Assembly: GCA_963844715.1 (NCBI GenBank)
Contig: CAWJPJ010000008.1
Coordinates: forward strand, 672,001-736,000
From: an uncultured Phycisphaerales bacterium
Lineage (GTDB): Bacteria; Planctomycetota; Phycisphaerae; Tepidisphaerales; Tepidisphaeraceae
Length of the DNA stretch: 64,000 bases
Direction: 5' to 3'
In this document: positions 50,656-60,742 of the stretch, in pieces
Numbering within the stretch: the first letter of the stretch is position 1
Layout of the letters: every line of letters begins with the position of its first letter
Translations under genes and position numbers: made by a program
Notes under the pieces: generated by a model
Told to the model about the DNA's origin: nothing
What the model saw: only the letters and a program-made list of their open reading frames with translations
Database searches by the model: none

Positions 50656-51681
50656 GAGCATTTCCCAAATTAAACTAGCGGCTGGCGGTAACCGCAATGG
50701 CGGAAAAATCCCGCGGCATCTTCGGTCGTAACGGCGTCCATTGCCGCGAACACAGCCCGGACCAAGGTGTCGAACGTTCTGGGCTCCGCCGAGCGGATCA
50801 GTTGCTTCGCTTTGCTCCACATCATCTCGATCGGATTCAAATCCGGCGAGTAGGGTGGCAGCAACCACAGTTCGCAGCCGGCGGCTTCGATCAGGCGTCG
50901 CACTTCTGAATGTTTGTGCGGCTGCAAATTGTCCATCACCACGATGTCCCCGCTTCGCAGGCTGGGCACGAGCGCTTCACGCACCCAGGCGACAAAAACA
51001 TCGCTGTCCATCGCCCCTTGAACAATCGCGCCGGCGGTCGCGCCGTCGAGCCGAACCGCGGCGATCATGGTGGTCGTGCTCCAGTGTCCGGCCGGGGTCT
51101 TGCACAACAACCGTTCGCCGCGGCCGCACCGGCCACGCAATCGGGTGAAGTTCGTCTTGGCCCCGGATTCATCCACAAAAACAAGACGCTCGGGATCGAC
51201 GTCCTTCAGCCGCCGACGCCACTGCGTCCGCGCGGCGGCGACGTCGGGCCGATCCTGCTCGGACGCGTGGAGAGACTTTTTTTAAAGGAGAGGCCCAGCT
51301 TCCTGAGCCAACGGTCGACCGTCGACAGCGACACGTCCAGCGCCAACTTCTCTTTGATCTCGTTGAGCGTGGCATCCGGCCGGGCGGCCACGAACCGACT
51401 CAAACGAGTCTTCAACTCGCCGGTCAACTTCCCCTTGCGGCCACGAAGATGAAGCAGCGGTTCGGCCGTCCCCCGTTCACGTTCATCCTGTCGCACGCGG
51501 CGGACGGCCGACTCGCATCGGCCGAAGATCGCGGAAATCTCCTTCGTGCCTTTGCCGGCACGATACGCCGACATGATCCATCGACGGGTCAGAGCGGTTT
51601 GCGATGCCATGGCAACCTCCTTGTTGAATCGGAGATTAGCAAAACAGCATCGATGGCGCTAGTTTAAAATGGGAAATGCTC
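50656..51681 (-). mobile_element. IS630-family insertion sequence, 1026 bp, TA target duplication
   Basis: 25-bp imperfect TIRs GAGCATTTCCCAAATTAAACTAGCG / CGCTAGTTTAAAATGGGAAATGCTC; TA at 50654-55 and 51682-83. Confidence 0.93.
50670..51610 (-). CDS. IS630 transposase: HTH orfA + DDE orfB joined by a -1 frameshift near 51280
   Basis: RPDATL.EI; FVDESG; VMDNL..H; LPPYSPDLNPIE..WS; slippery TTTAAAAAAAG on the coding strand. Confidence 0.92.
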
Positions 51682-51856
51682 TAGCCCTCTCCCCGAGTAC
51701 AGGGAGAGGGGAAAAGAGAGCGCACGGCTGCGCAACGAAGCGTGCTCGCGATGTGAACGTGGGAGATTTGAGCGGAACGCCTTCTGGCGGCACTAATCCG
51801 CGGTGACCATCGCCGGCATCGTGTCCGCCGCCGCGGCGGTTGTTGAGTCGTGCCAA

Positions 51857-54685
51857 TCACGGTGATGGTGTCGCCGCCAGGGCCGGCCTACTGAGACGTA
51901 CAGGTCGACCTGGCCGCCGTTGCTGTCGCCGTCGCTCGATTCCAGAGCCGCCGGCTCGGTGAAGTGGCGCAGACTTCATGCAGCCGGAGCCGGAATTCCC
52001 CGGATCGTTGGACGCGTCGCCGGAATTGTCCGTCGTCGCGTCGGCAAGGGGCGTTGCAGCCGGCAAAATTCCCCCGGACGTACTGGCCGCGACGATCGTG
52101 TTGATCCCATCGGAGCCGGCGACCTCGCCGAACGAATCGTCGGCGATGAACGTCACCAGTTCGCCTTGGGCGGAAGGATTCTGGAAGGTGAAAGTTATTG
52201 TCATCGTGGAGGTCCACATGCCGTCGATTTCCGTTTCGGTTCCGGTGACGTCGTAGTTGACCCCGCCGATGGTGAAGAAGCCGCCGGTTAAACCATCGTT
52301 GCCGCCGGGATTGGTGGCGGTTGCCGTGTAGGTGACCGGCGTGCCGACGATCGCCGAGGTGGGACCGGAGACGGTGACGAGCGGAACGCCGAGCACGGGC
52401 GCCGTCGGCGCGCTGGCCACAACACTGACGCTGTTTTTGCGCGGGCGTCGTGCCCAGCGAATCCGAGGCGCTGGCCGTCACGACATAGTTTCCCGGCGTC
52501 GCGTAGTCGTGAGTGAACGTGGCGCTGGCGGTGTAAACGCCATTGGACAATGTTTCGGAGGCAGTGATCGGCACGGAGGTTGACCCGTCCCCGAAATTCA
52601 TGCTGAATCCCGACAATTCATCAGCCGTGGTGTCCGTGCTTAGAACCGTGTAGGTCACCAGGCTCCCGACCGTCGCGGTCGTCGGCCCGCTGATCGTCAC
52701 GGTGGGCGGAATCGCGGCGACGATGGTGTTCACCCCGTTTGATGCGGCGACCTCGCCGAACGAATCAAAGGCGCTGAAAGTAACCATATCGCCGCCGGCG
52801 GATGGATTTTGATAGGTGTACGTTTCCGTCATGGTGGTGGTCCACACGCCGTTGACGTCCGTTTCGGTTCCCGGCGCGGTGAAGCTGCCGTCGCCGATGG
52901 TGAAGACCCCGGCGGTCAAACCGTCGTTGCCGGTTGGATTGGTGATGGTCGCCGTATAGGTGACGGGCGTGCCGACAATCGCCGACGTCGGGCCGGAGAC
53001 AATGATTTGCGGCGTGTCGAGCCCCGGCGCCGCCGGCGCGGAGGCGGCAACGCTGATGCTGTTTTCCGCCGGCGTCGTGCCCAGCGAATCGGAGGCGCTG
53101 GCGGTGACGACGTACGTTCCCGGCGTCGCATAGTCGTGGGTGAAGCTCACGCTGGCGGTATATATGCCGTCGGACAGGCTTTCGGACGCGGCAGCCGTCA
53201 CCGGAGTCGACCCGTCCCCGAAATCCAGCGTGAATCCCGATAGATCGTCGGCAGTGGTGTCGGTACTGGAAACCGTGTAGGTCACCGATGATCCGGTCGT
53301 CGCGGTCGTGGCGCCGGCGATAGTCACGGTCGGCGCGATGATGGTGGGCGGAGGCGTGGCGACGGGTGGAGGCGTGACGATCGGCGTTCCTTGATATTGA
53401 ATGGCGCCGATGTCGTAGCGGCCGCCAGTGGGGCGAGCGTCGCCGAGTAGATCGTTGCTTGGGGCATCGGTTGAAGTTCCCGCGCCGATGGCGGCGCTAC
53501 TGCCCGCGAGTTGGAAATCCCCACTGGTCGTGCCGCAAAGAGCGAGCCAATCGCGTCGCCGACATAGAGAGAATGCGTATCGAACCCCATCGCCTGCCAG
53601 TCGGAGAGGCTGATGTTGTTGGCGTAGCTTTCCCCGGTCGGGTCGATGCCGCTGGCGCCGAATATGTTGTAATCGCAACTCAGCCCGATCTGGCTGGCGG
53701 CGTCGATGCTGAGGCTGTCCTCCGCCGAGGACAGAATATTGTTGTAGATGCTGGTGTCGGCCGCACCGTCGAGGAGCGCGATTGCGGCGTAGCCGGAATC
53801 GCCCGTGCTGTTCACGTCAATCGTGTTGTTGACGATGATGTTTCCCGTCGACGGAAGCGCACCGTTGATCTGATAGAGCGCGATGCCGTTGCGCTGGGCA
53901 TCGTAAATGACGTTGTTCTCGATAATGCTGTCCTGGACGCCGTCGAAGTTAATGCTCGCCCCGGCGCCGGCGGCGTTGTCGTAAAAGGTATTGCCGTCGA
54001 TGACGAGGCCGCCGCCGTACCCGGGCCCGCCCTGGGTCGCGTCCTCATTGCATTCGAATCCGCAGGCATAGTTTCCGAAGAAAGTGCAGCCCTGAACGGT
54101 GTCGTCATTGCTGGAATTTCCGATATACGCCCCGTGCTGGACCTGGGTGTTGGAGAACGTGTCGTCCAGCAGTTCGGAATTGTTCATGAAACCGCCGAGG
54201 AAGCCCCAGTCGGCGCAGTCGTTGCATGTCGAGTTTTCAATGAGTATTCCGTTGACGTTGTTGTATGCTTCCCCGCCGGCCCAAATTCCTGCCCGCGCGC
54301 CATTGCTCCCCTCGACATCCGCGCCGTTGATGGTGACGTAACTGCATCCCGACAGGTCGATCTCGCCGTTGTTGGTTCCGGGCGTGCCGTCGATGACCGC
54401 GCCGGGGGCGAAATTGAAAGTAATCGGGTCCGAAGCGGTTCCGCTGGCCGATAACTGAAATCCCGAATAATCGCCCGCCGCCACCTGCACGACATCTCCC
54501 GCCTGGACCTGATCGGCCGCCTTTTGCAGCGTTGCCCAGGGAGCCGACGATCCGCCGGCGGCGGAATCGCTTCCCCCGGCCGATACAAAATAGGTGCTGA
54601 GAAGTTGCCGTTCCTCTAAAACTTCGAAGAGCGCGCGGCTGGTCATCTCGGCGGCAATGCCGCGAGAATGCGTGCGTCGTTTCAT
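51857..54685 (-). CDS. Secreted right-handed beta-helix protein with four PKD/Ig-like repeats (paralog 1; frameshifts near 53530 and 52440)
   Basis: FEVLEERQLLS planctomycete N-terminal motif; YFVS..GSD...G....PWATLQ.AA; beta-helix repeats; DIGAIQY; DFGDGS...HDYATPGTY. Confidence 0.85.
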
Positions 54686-55142
54686 TCTATCCTCCGCGGG
54701 AGGGATTGCGCTTGGGCATGCCACGGGAACAACCGTGTGGTTGCCATTCAGCGCAGAAATTCAAATTTCTGGGACCGACGCCGATGCAAAACCCTCTCGT
54801 CGTCGGTGTTTGGATGCCCTTACTCAGCCCTTATCGGACCGCAGAACTTTCCCTGTTCTGGCATGCTCGCCCAAGCCTCCGGGGCGATCGACCTTGAGTA
54901 ACCTGACCGTCTGCCCGTGTAGGCGCGCAGCCAAGCTAATACTTCCCAGAATGGCAAGTACTTCGACAATTTCAACTAAAAAATATTTTATTAGAAAAAA
55001 ACTTCGTCGCTCAAATTCAGTTCGCGCGCTCTCACGATTGTTTATCGAGAATTTTTGATATTTCGAGTTAAGTTGGGGAATCCGAGTTGCTGCCGATTCG
55101 CGAGAAGATTTCGGCCGATAATTGCGCGGAACTAGCGGCGGA

Positions 55143-55190
55143 TTAAAGGCGGCGCGAATTCCTGTTAACACTCTTTCGCGCCGCCTTTAA
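55143..55190. terminator. 16-bp inverted repeat downstream of paralog 2, probable terminator
   Basis: TTAAAGGCGGCGCGAA-16 nt-TTCGCGCCGCCTTTAA. Confidence 0.55.
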
Positions 55191-55204
55191 CCTTATCTCA
55201 GACC

Positions 55205-57484
55205 CTACAGCGCCGACACAATCGCCAGCAGGGGGTTGTTGGCAATGATATTGGCTGACGCCGCATTACCCACCACGCTGATCGTGTCGCCGCCGTGGCT
55301 CGCGTACTGGAGCGTGTAGGTCAGCGTGCCGACCATTTCGCTGACCCCGTTGATGGTTTCCAGAGTCGCCGGCTCGACGAATGTCGTCGAGTTGATCGAG
55401 AACGTGAAACTGGTGATCGCCAGGTCCGTGGACTCGGCGGTCCAGGTTTCGGGGGTTCCGGCGACCAGAGTGGTCGGACCGGATAACAAGACCGTGGGGG
55501 TGTCCGCCGCGACGATGGTATCGATCCCGTTGGAACTGGCGACGGAGCCGAACGAATCATACGCCGTGAAGGTAACCAGATCTCCTCCGGCCGACGGATG
55601 GCGGAAGGTAAAAGTATCGCTCAGCGTGGCGGTCCAAACGCCGTCGACGTCCGTTTCGGTCCCGGTCACTTCATAGCTTCGCGATCCGATCGTGAAGATC
55701 CCGCCGGTCAAACCATCGTCGCCGGTCGGGTTGGTGACCGTCGCGGTATAGGTCACCGGCGTGCCGACGACCGCCGCAATGGGTCCGGATACCGTGACGA
55801 GCGGAGTGCTGAGCACCGGCGTTGTCGGCGCCGCGGCGGCCGCCACGCTGATGCTGTTTTCCGCCGGCGTCGTGCCGAGTGAATCGGACGCGCTGGCGGT
55901 GACAACGTACGTTCCCGGCGACGTAAAGTCGTGCGTGAATGTCGCGCTGGCGGTGTACACGCCATTGGACAAGGTCTCGGACGTCGCGATCGACACGGGC
56001 GCCGAGCCGTCGCCGAAATTCACATCGAATCCGGAGAGATCGTCGGCGGTCGTGTCCGTGCTCGAGACTGTAAAAGTCACGTTCGTCCCGGTCGTCGCGG
56101 TCGAGGCCCCGGAGATCGTCACCGTGGGCGCGATCACGGTGGGGGGAGGCGTAACCACGGGGGGAGGCGTGACGACTGGCGTTCCCTGATATTGGATCGC
56201 GCCAATGTCGTAACGTCCGTCCGTGGGGCGGGCGTTGCCGAGATAATCGACGGCCGGAGCATCGGTGCTGGTCCCGGCTCCGATCGCGGCGCTGCCGCTG
56301 GCGAGCTGGAAATTCCCGTTGCCCGCGCTCGCGAACAGCGAATTGATCGCGCTACCGATGTTGATTGAATGGATATCGAATCCTGTCGCCTGCCAGCCGG
56401 AGAGGGTCATGCTGTCGTAAGAGTCTTCGCCGGTCGCGTCGATGCCGCTGCTCCCGAAAATATTGTAATCGCACTTAAGGCCGGCCTGGCTGGCGGAGTC
56501 GATGCTGAGGCTGTCTTCGTCCGCCGACAGAATGTTATTGTAGATGGTCGTGTTCGCCGAGCCGTCCACCAAACTGATCGCGGAATACCCGGAATCTCCG
56601 ACGCTGTTCACGTCAATCGTGTTATTCACGATCGTATTTCCGGTCGATGGGAGCGCGCCGTTGATCTGATATAGCGCGATTCCGTTGCGCTGGGCATCGT
56701 AAATGACGTTGTTCTCGATCAGGCTGTTCTGCACGCCGTCGAAGTTGATGCTTGCGCCGGCCCCGGCGGCGTTGTCGTAGAAGGTGTTGGCGTCGATGAC
56801 CAAACCGCCGCCGTATCCTGGGCCGCCTTGGGTTTCGTCCTCATTGCACTCGAATCCGCAGGCGTAGTTCCCGAAAAATGTGCAGCCCTGAACGGTGTCA
56901 TCGTTGCTGGAATTTCCGATATACGCTCCGTGCTGGACCTGCGTATTGGAGAACGTGTCGTCCAGCAGTTCGGAATTGTTAATGAATCCGCCGAGAAAAC
57001 CCCAATCCGTGCAGTCGTTGCAGGTGGAATTCTCGATCAGGATTCCGTTCACGTTATCGTTCACTTCGCCGCCGGCCCAAATACCGGCCCGCGCGCCGTT
57101 GCTCCCGTCGGCGACGTCCGCGCCGTTGAGCGTGACGTAGTTGCATCCTGAAATATCGATTTCCCCGTTGCTGCTCCCCGGCGCGCCGTTGACGACGGCG
57201 CCGGACGCGAAATCGAAAGTGATCGGAGCGGATGACGACCCGCTGCTCGACAATTGAAATCCGGCGTAATCGCCGGCGGCGACGTGAACCGTGTCGCCCG
57301 CCTGGACTACATTTGCAGCTTGTTGCAAAGTCGCCCAGGGTGTCGAGGAACCGCCCGCGGCGGAATCGCTTCCGCCAGCCGAAACGTAATAAGTACTCAG
57401 TAGTTGCCGTTCCTCCAAAGCCTCAAGAACAGCGTGGTGGGTCAACTCCGCGGCGAGTCGGCGAGACATCTTTCGTCGATTCAT
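55205..57484 (-). CDS. Secreted right-handed beta-helix protein with three PKD/Ig-like repeats (paralog 2)
   Basis: LEALEERQLLS motif; long stretches identical to paralog 1; GGAGG RBS. Confidence 0.88.
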   Translation of the reverse strand: MNRRKMSRRLAAELTHHAVLEALEERQLLSTYYVSAGGSDSAAGGSSTPWATLQQAANVVQAGDTVHVAAGDYAGFQLSSSGSSSAPITFDFASGAVVNGAPGSSNGEIDISGCNYVTLNGADVADGSNGARAGIWAGGEVNDNVNGILIENSTCNDCTDWGFLGGFINNSELLDDTFSNTQVQHGAYIGNSSNDDTVQGCTFFGNYACGFECNEDETQGGPGYGGGLVIDANTFYDNAAGAGASINFDGVQNSLIENNVIYDAQRNGIALYQINGALPSTGNTIVNNTIDVNSVGDSGYSAISLVDGSANTTIYNNILSADEDSLSIDSASQAGLKCDYNIFGSSGIDATGEDSYDSMTLSGWQATGFDIHSINIGSAINSLFASAGNGNFQLASGSAAIGAGTSTDAPAVDYLGNARPTDGRYDIGAIQYQGTPVVTPPPVVTPPPTVIAPTVTISGASTATTGTNVTFTVSSTDTTADDLSGFDVNFGDGSAPVSIATSETLSNGVYTASATFTHDFTSPGTYVVTASASDSLGTTPAENSISVAAAAAPTTPVLSTPLVTVSGPIAAVVGTPVTYTATVTNPTGDDGLTGGIFTIGSRSYEVTGTETDVDGVWTATLSDTFTFRHPSAGGDLVTFTAYDSFGSVASSNGIDTIVAADTPTVLLSGPTTLVAGTPETWTAESTDLAITSFTFSINSTTFVEPATLETINGVSEMVGTLTYTLQYASHGGDTISVVGNAASANIIANNPLLAIVSAL

Positions 57485-57899
57485 CCTATCCTCCGGTGTG
57501 AATACACGCTGGGGCATGCCACGGGAACGCCCGTGTGGCGGCCATGCAGCGCAAGAAATCAAATTTCTGGAACCGACGAAGGTGCGAAAAAACCCTAGCG
57601 CCGGTTTTTGGGTGCTCGTTTCAGCCCATTAGGGACGGCAGAACCAACTCTGTTCTGGCGTGTTCGCCCGCGAAAAATCGCCGGCGATCGATCATGCGAA
57701 ATATGTCGCCCCCGCTATAGGCGGGCAACTTGATTGATACTTCTTAAATTGCGCAGGGGTTCGCCGATTAAAAGGAAAGTAATAAAAAAATTTGCAGTCC
57801 CGCCATGCCCCATTCGCGCAGTCGAACTCGTCATCCAAGTATATCGATGTATCGGGTTAACTTAGGGAGATGAGGGCGGTTGTATGCGGCCGCGTAGCG

Positions 57900-59632
57900 T
57901 CATCTTGCGGGCCCGTGCGTGTGCGAGGGGTCCATCATCGTCGCTGAAGTGACCGGCAGGCGGATTGTGAACGTCGTCCCCTCGCCCTGGCGGCTTTTTA
58001 CGCTGATCGACCCATCGTGCTCTTCGACAATCTTCTTCGCCACCGCCAGCCCCAGCCCCGTCCCGCGATTCCCCTTGGTGGAATGGAAGAGTTCGAACAT
58101 GTGCGGCATCATCGCCGGCGGAATTCCCGGCCCGTTGTCGATCACGTCGATCACGCCCTGCTTGTTGGAAGCATCATAGCGACACACGACGCGGATCAGC
58201 CCCTTCTGGGCCTCCACCGCGTCGATCGCGTTGGTCAGCAGATTCATCATGACCTGATGCAGCCCATCGGGATCGGCGGGTATCGCCGGAGCATCCGGTT
58301 CCGCATCCGCCACCGCCATCACGCCCTTTTCGCTCGCCCGCGCGGCGATCAGTTCCAGGCACTCGTCGATCAGCACCTTCATGCTGATCTGCTCGACTTT
58401 CGGCTCGCGCGGTTTGCTGTACGCCAGCAGGTTCATCGTCAAGCTGTAAATCTTGTCCAGATTGCGCTCGACGACCCGCCAGCCTTTAGTGGCCTGCGGC
58501 AGATTCCCGCCGCGCAATCCCATCTCGACCACATCCGCTCCCCCGCGCAAGGCCTGCAAAATATTCTTGATCGAATGCGAGAGCGCCGCCGTCGTTTCGC
58601 CCACCGCGGCCATGCGCTCGGTCTTCAACCCGGCCTGGTAAAGCCTCGCGTTGGAAACCGCCATTCCGGCCTGCAAACCAATCGCCGAAAGCAGCCGCAA
58701 TTGATCCGGAGAATACGTGTAATTCTTGACCGAACTGTCAATGTAAATGAGGCCGACGATCTCTTCCGGGTTTTTGCTCCCCAGCTTGCGAGCCTTGATC
58801 GGCACGCACAGCGCGCTGCGGATGCCCAGGTTCTGAACGCTCTTCCCGCGCAGAAGCGCCGGTCCGCCATCGCGTTCGACGAGAGCACGCCTTCCCCCGT
58901 GCTCAGCACGTGATGGATGATCGTCCGCGACGCGTGAATTTTCTCCGGGGGCTGGCCGGCAACCTTCGAGTCCTCGGGGGAACCGGGCGCAACCGTTTCG
59001 CTGTTGGCGCTCGACCGCTTTTCGTCGTCGCGCATGCGCACCACGGTCGGCACCAGCTCGTTGGTCTTCTCATCGAGAAGCAAAATAATTCCGCGCTCCG
59101 CTTTGACGTTCTCAAACACCAGGTCCATCACGACGTCCATGACCTGATCGATGCCGAAACTGCTCCCCAGCGCCGCCCCAAGCTGATACAGAATTTTCAG
59201 ATTCATCATCGCCGCGGCCGCCGGCTCCGGGACCGCAAGCACCATCGAGTCGTCATTCGAAACCACGGTATGCATGATCGAGCTGTCCATCCCGGCCTCG
59301 ACGCCGCTCAGCGCCACATTGCCGCCGCTCGACCGGCTGATCCCCGGCTGCGATCCAAAGACCATCAACGTGCGCCCCACGCGAATCTGGTCCCCCAGCT
59401 TCAGAATGTAGCGATTCTCAACGCGCGTGCCGTTCACGTAACTTCCATTGGCACTCCCCAGATCATGTAGAATCCAGGCCCCGTCGGCGGGAATGAGTTC
59501 CGCATGCCGGCGGCTAACCGTGTTGTCTGTAATCGGCAGCGCGCGGCTCTCCCGGCCGATGACCGCCGTCTCATCAGGCAATTCAAAGCGACGCCCCTTG
59601 TCGGGGCCTTGTAAAACCAGCAGGGTAAGCAC
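57900..59632 (-). CDS. FHA-GAF sensor histidine kinase (frameshift near 58840)
   Basis: FHA (IGR, VSRRHA, DLGSANGSYVNG); GAF (CVPI...VGLIYID); H-box SHSIKN; N, G1, F and G2 boxes. Confidence 0.92.
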
Positions 59633-59706
59633 GAACTTATTTTACATCAGTTTCGGACGGCGAGGGAAGAAAATGATCGAGGGGGAATGAAGCGCCACGC
59701 GCATCT

Positions 59707-59822
59707 ATCCCCTCTCCCTGGTCTTCCGCTAGTTTCCGCAGGACGGGTGAGGGGCGGCGCTCGATGATCAAAAAAACGCCCCTCACCCTTGCCCTCTCCC
59801 CATGAGTACATGGGGAGAGGGA
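59707..59822. repeat. Inverted pair of family-A REPs with no enclosed gene, in the kinase/fabI divergent region
   Basis: CCCCTCTCCCTGGTCTTCCGCTAGTTTCCGCAGGACGGGTGAGGGG ... CCCCTCACCCTTGCCCTCTCCCCATGAGTACATGGGGAGAGGG. Confidence 0.85.
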
Positions 59823-59920
59823 AAAATCGCCGGAACGGCAGAGCCGCATACGGGCGCGCGGGAATGATGCTTGATCGCCTGAAATCCGCTAAGCTGACGG
59901 GCCGAATAGGAGGCTCTCGC

Positions 59921-60715
59921 ATGAGCTTATTGGCCGGCAAGAAGGGTCTGATCCTCAACATCGCCAACGACCGCAGCATCGCGGCTCATATTGCGCATAA
60001 CGCCGTCAAACAGGGGGCCGTTTGTGGGTTCGGATTCCTCCCCATGGACAACCGCGAAAAGAACGAGCGGCGCGTCCGCAAGGCGATGGAGGAATACGGG
60101 TTTGCCGATTCCTGGTTGCATCCCGTCGATGTCGGGCACGACGACCAGATCGAGGCCTTCTTCGCCGCCGCCGCAAAGCAGTTCGGTACCATCGACTTCG
60201 TCGTCCATTCGCTGGCGTTTGCCGATCGGACCTACCTTCAGAAGGATCCGGGGAATTTCACGTCAACTCCGCGCAAGGTGTTCGCCCAGGCGCTGGATAT
60301 CAGCGCGTACAGTCTTATCGCTTTGACGCGCGCGGCCGTCCCCCTCATGCCCGAGGGAGGATCGGTCATCGCCCTGAGCTATCTCGGCGGCGAAAAAGTT
60401 GTGCCGGGTTACAACGTCATGGGCGTGGCGAAATCGGCCCTGGAAACGTGCGCCCGATATCTGGCGTTTGATTTGGGATCCAAAAAAATCCGCGTCAATG
60501 TCATCTCCGCCGGCCCGATCCGAACGCTCTCGGCCATGGCGGTGGGGGGGATCGATGAAATGTTCGCCCATGTTGAGCGGAAGGCGCCGCTGCATCGAAA
60601 CGTCGACGGCGACGAAGTCGGAAAAACCGCCGTCTATCTTCTCAGCGATCTCTCCAGCGGAGTCACCGGCGAAACCATCTACGTCGACAGCGGATTCAAT
60701 ACCGTTGGCATCTGA
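59921..60715 (+). CDS. fabI: Enoyl-ACP reductase
   Basis: IANDRSIA; DFVVHSLAFA; DISAYS; YNVMGVAKSALE; RVNVISAGPIRTL. Confidence 0.95.
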   Translation: MSLLAGKKGLILNIANDRSIAAHIAHNAVKQGAVCGFGFLPMDNREKNERRVRKAMEEYGFADSWLHPVDVGHDDQIEAFFAAAAKQFGTIDFVVHSLAFADRTYLQKDPGNFTSTPRKVFAQALDISAYSLIALTRAAVPLMPEGGSVIALSYLGGEKVVPGYNVMGVAKSALETCARYLAFDLGSKKIRVNVISAGPIRTLSAMAVGGIDEMFAHVERKAPLHRNVDGDEVGKTAVYLLSDLSSGVTGETIYVDSGFNTVGI

Positions 60716-60742
60716 GCCGTCGCCGGGGGGCGGGATGAAGGT

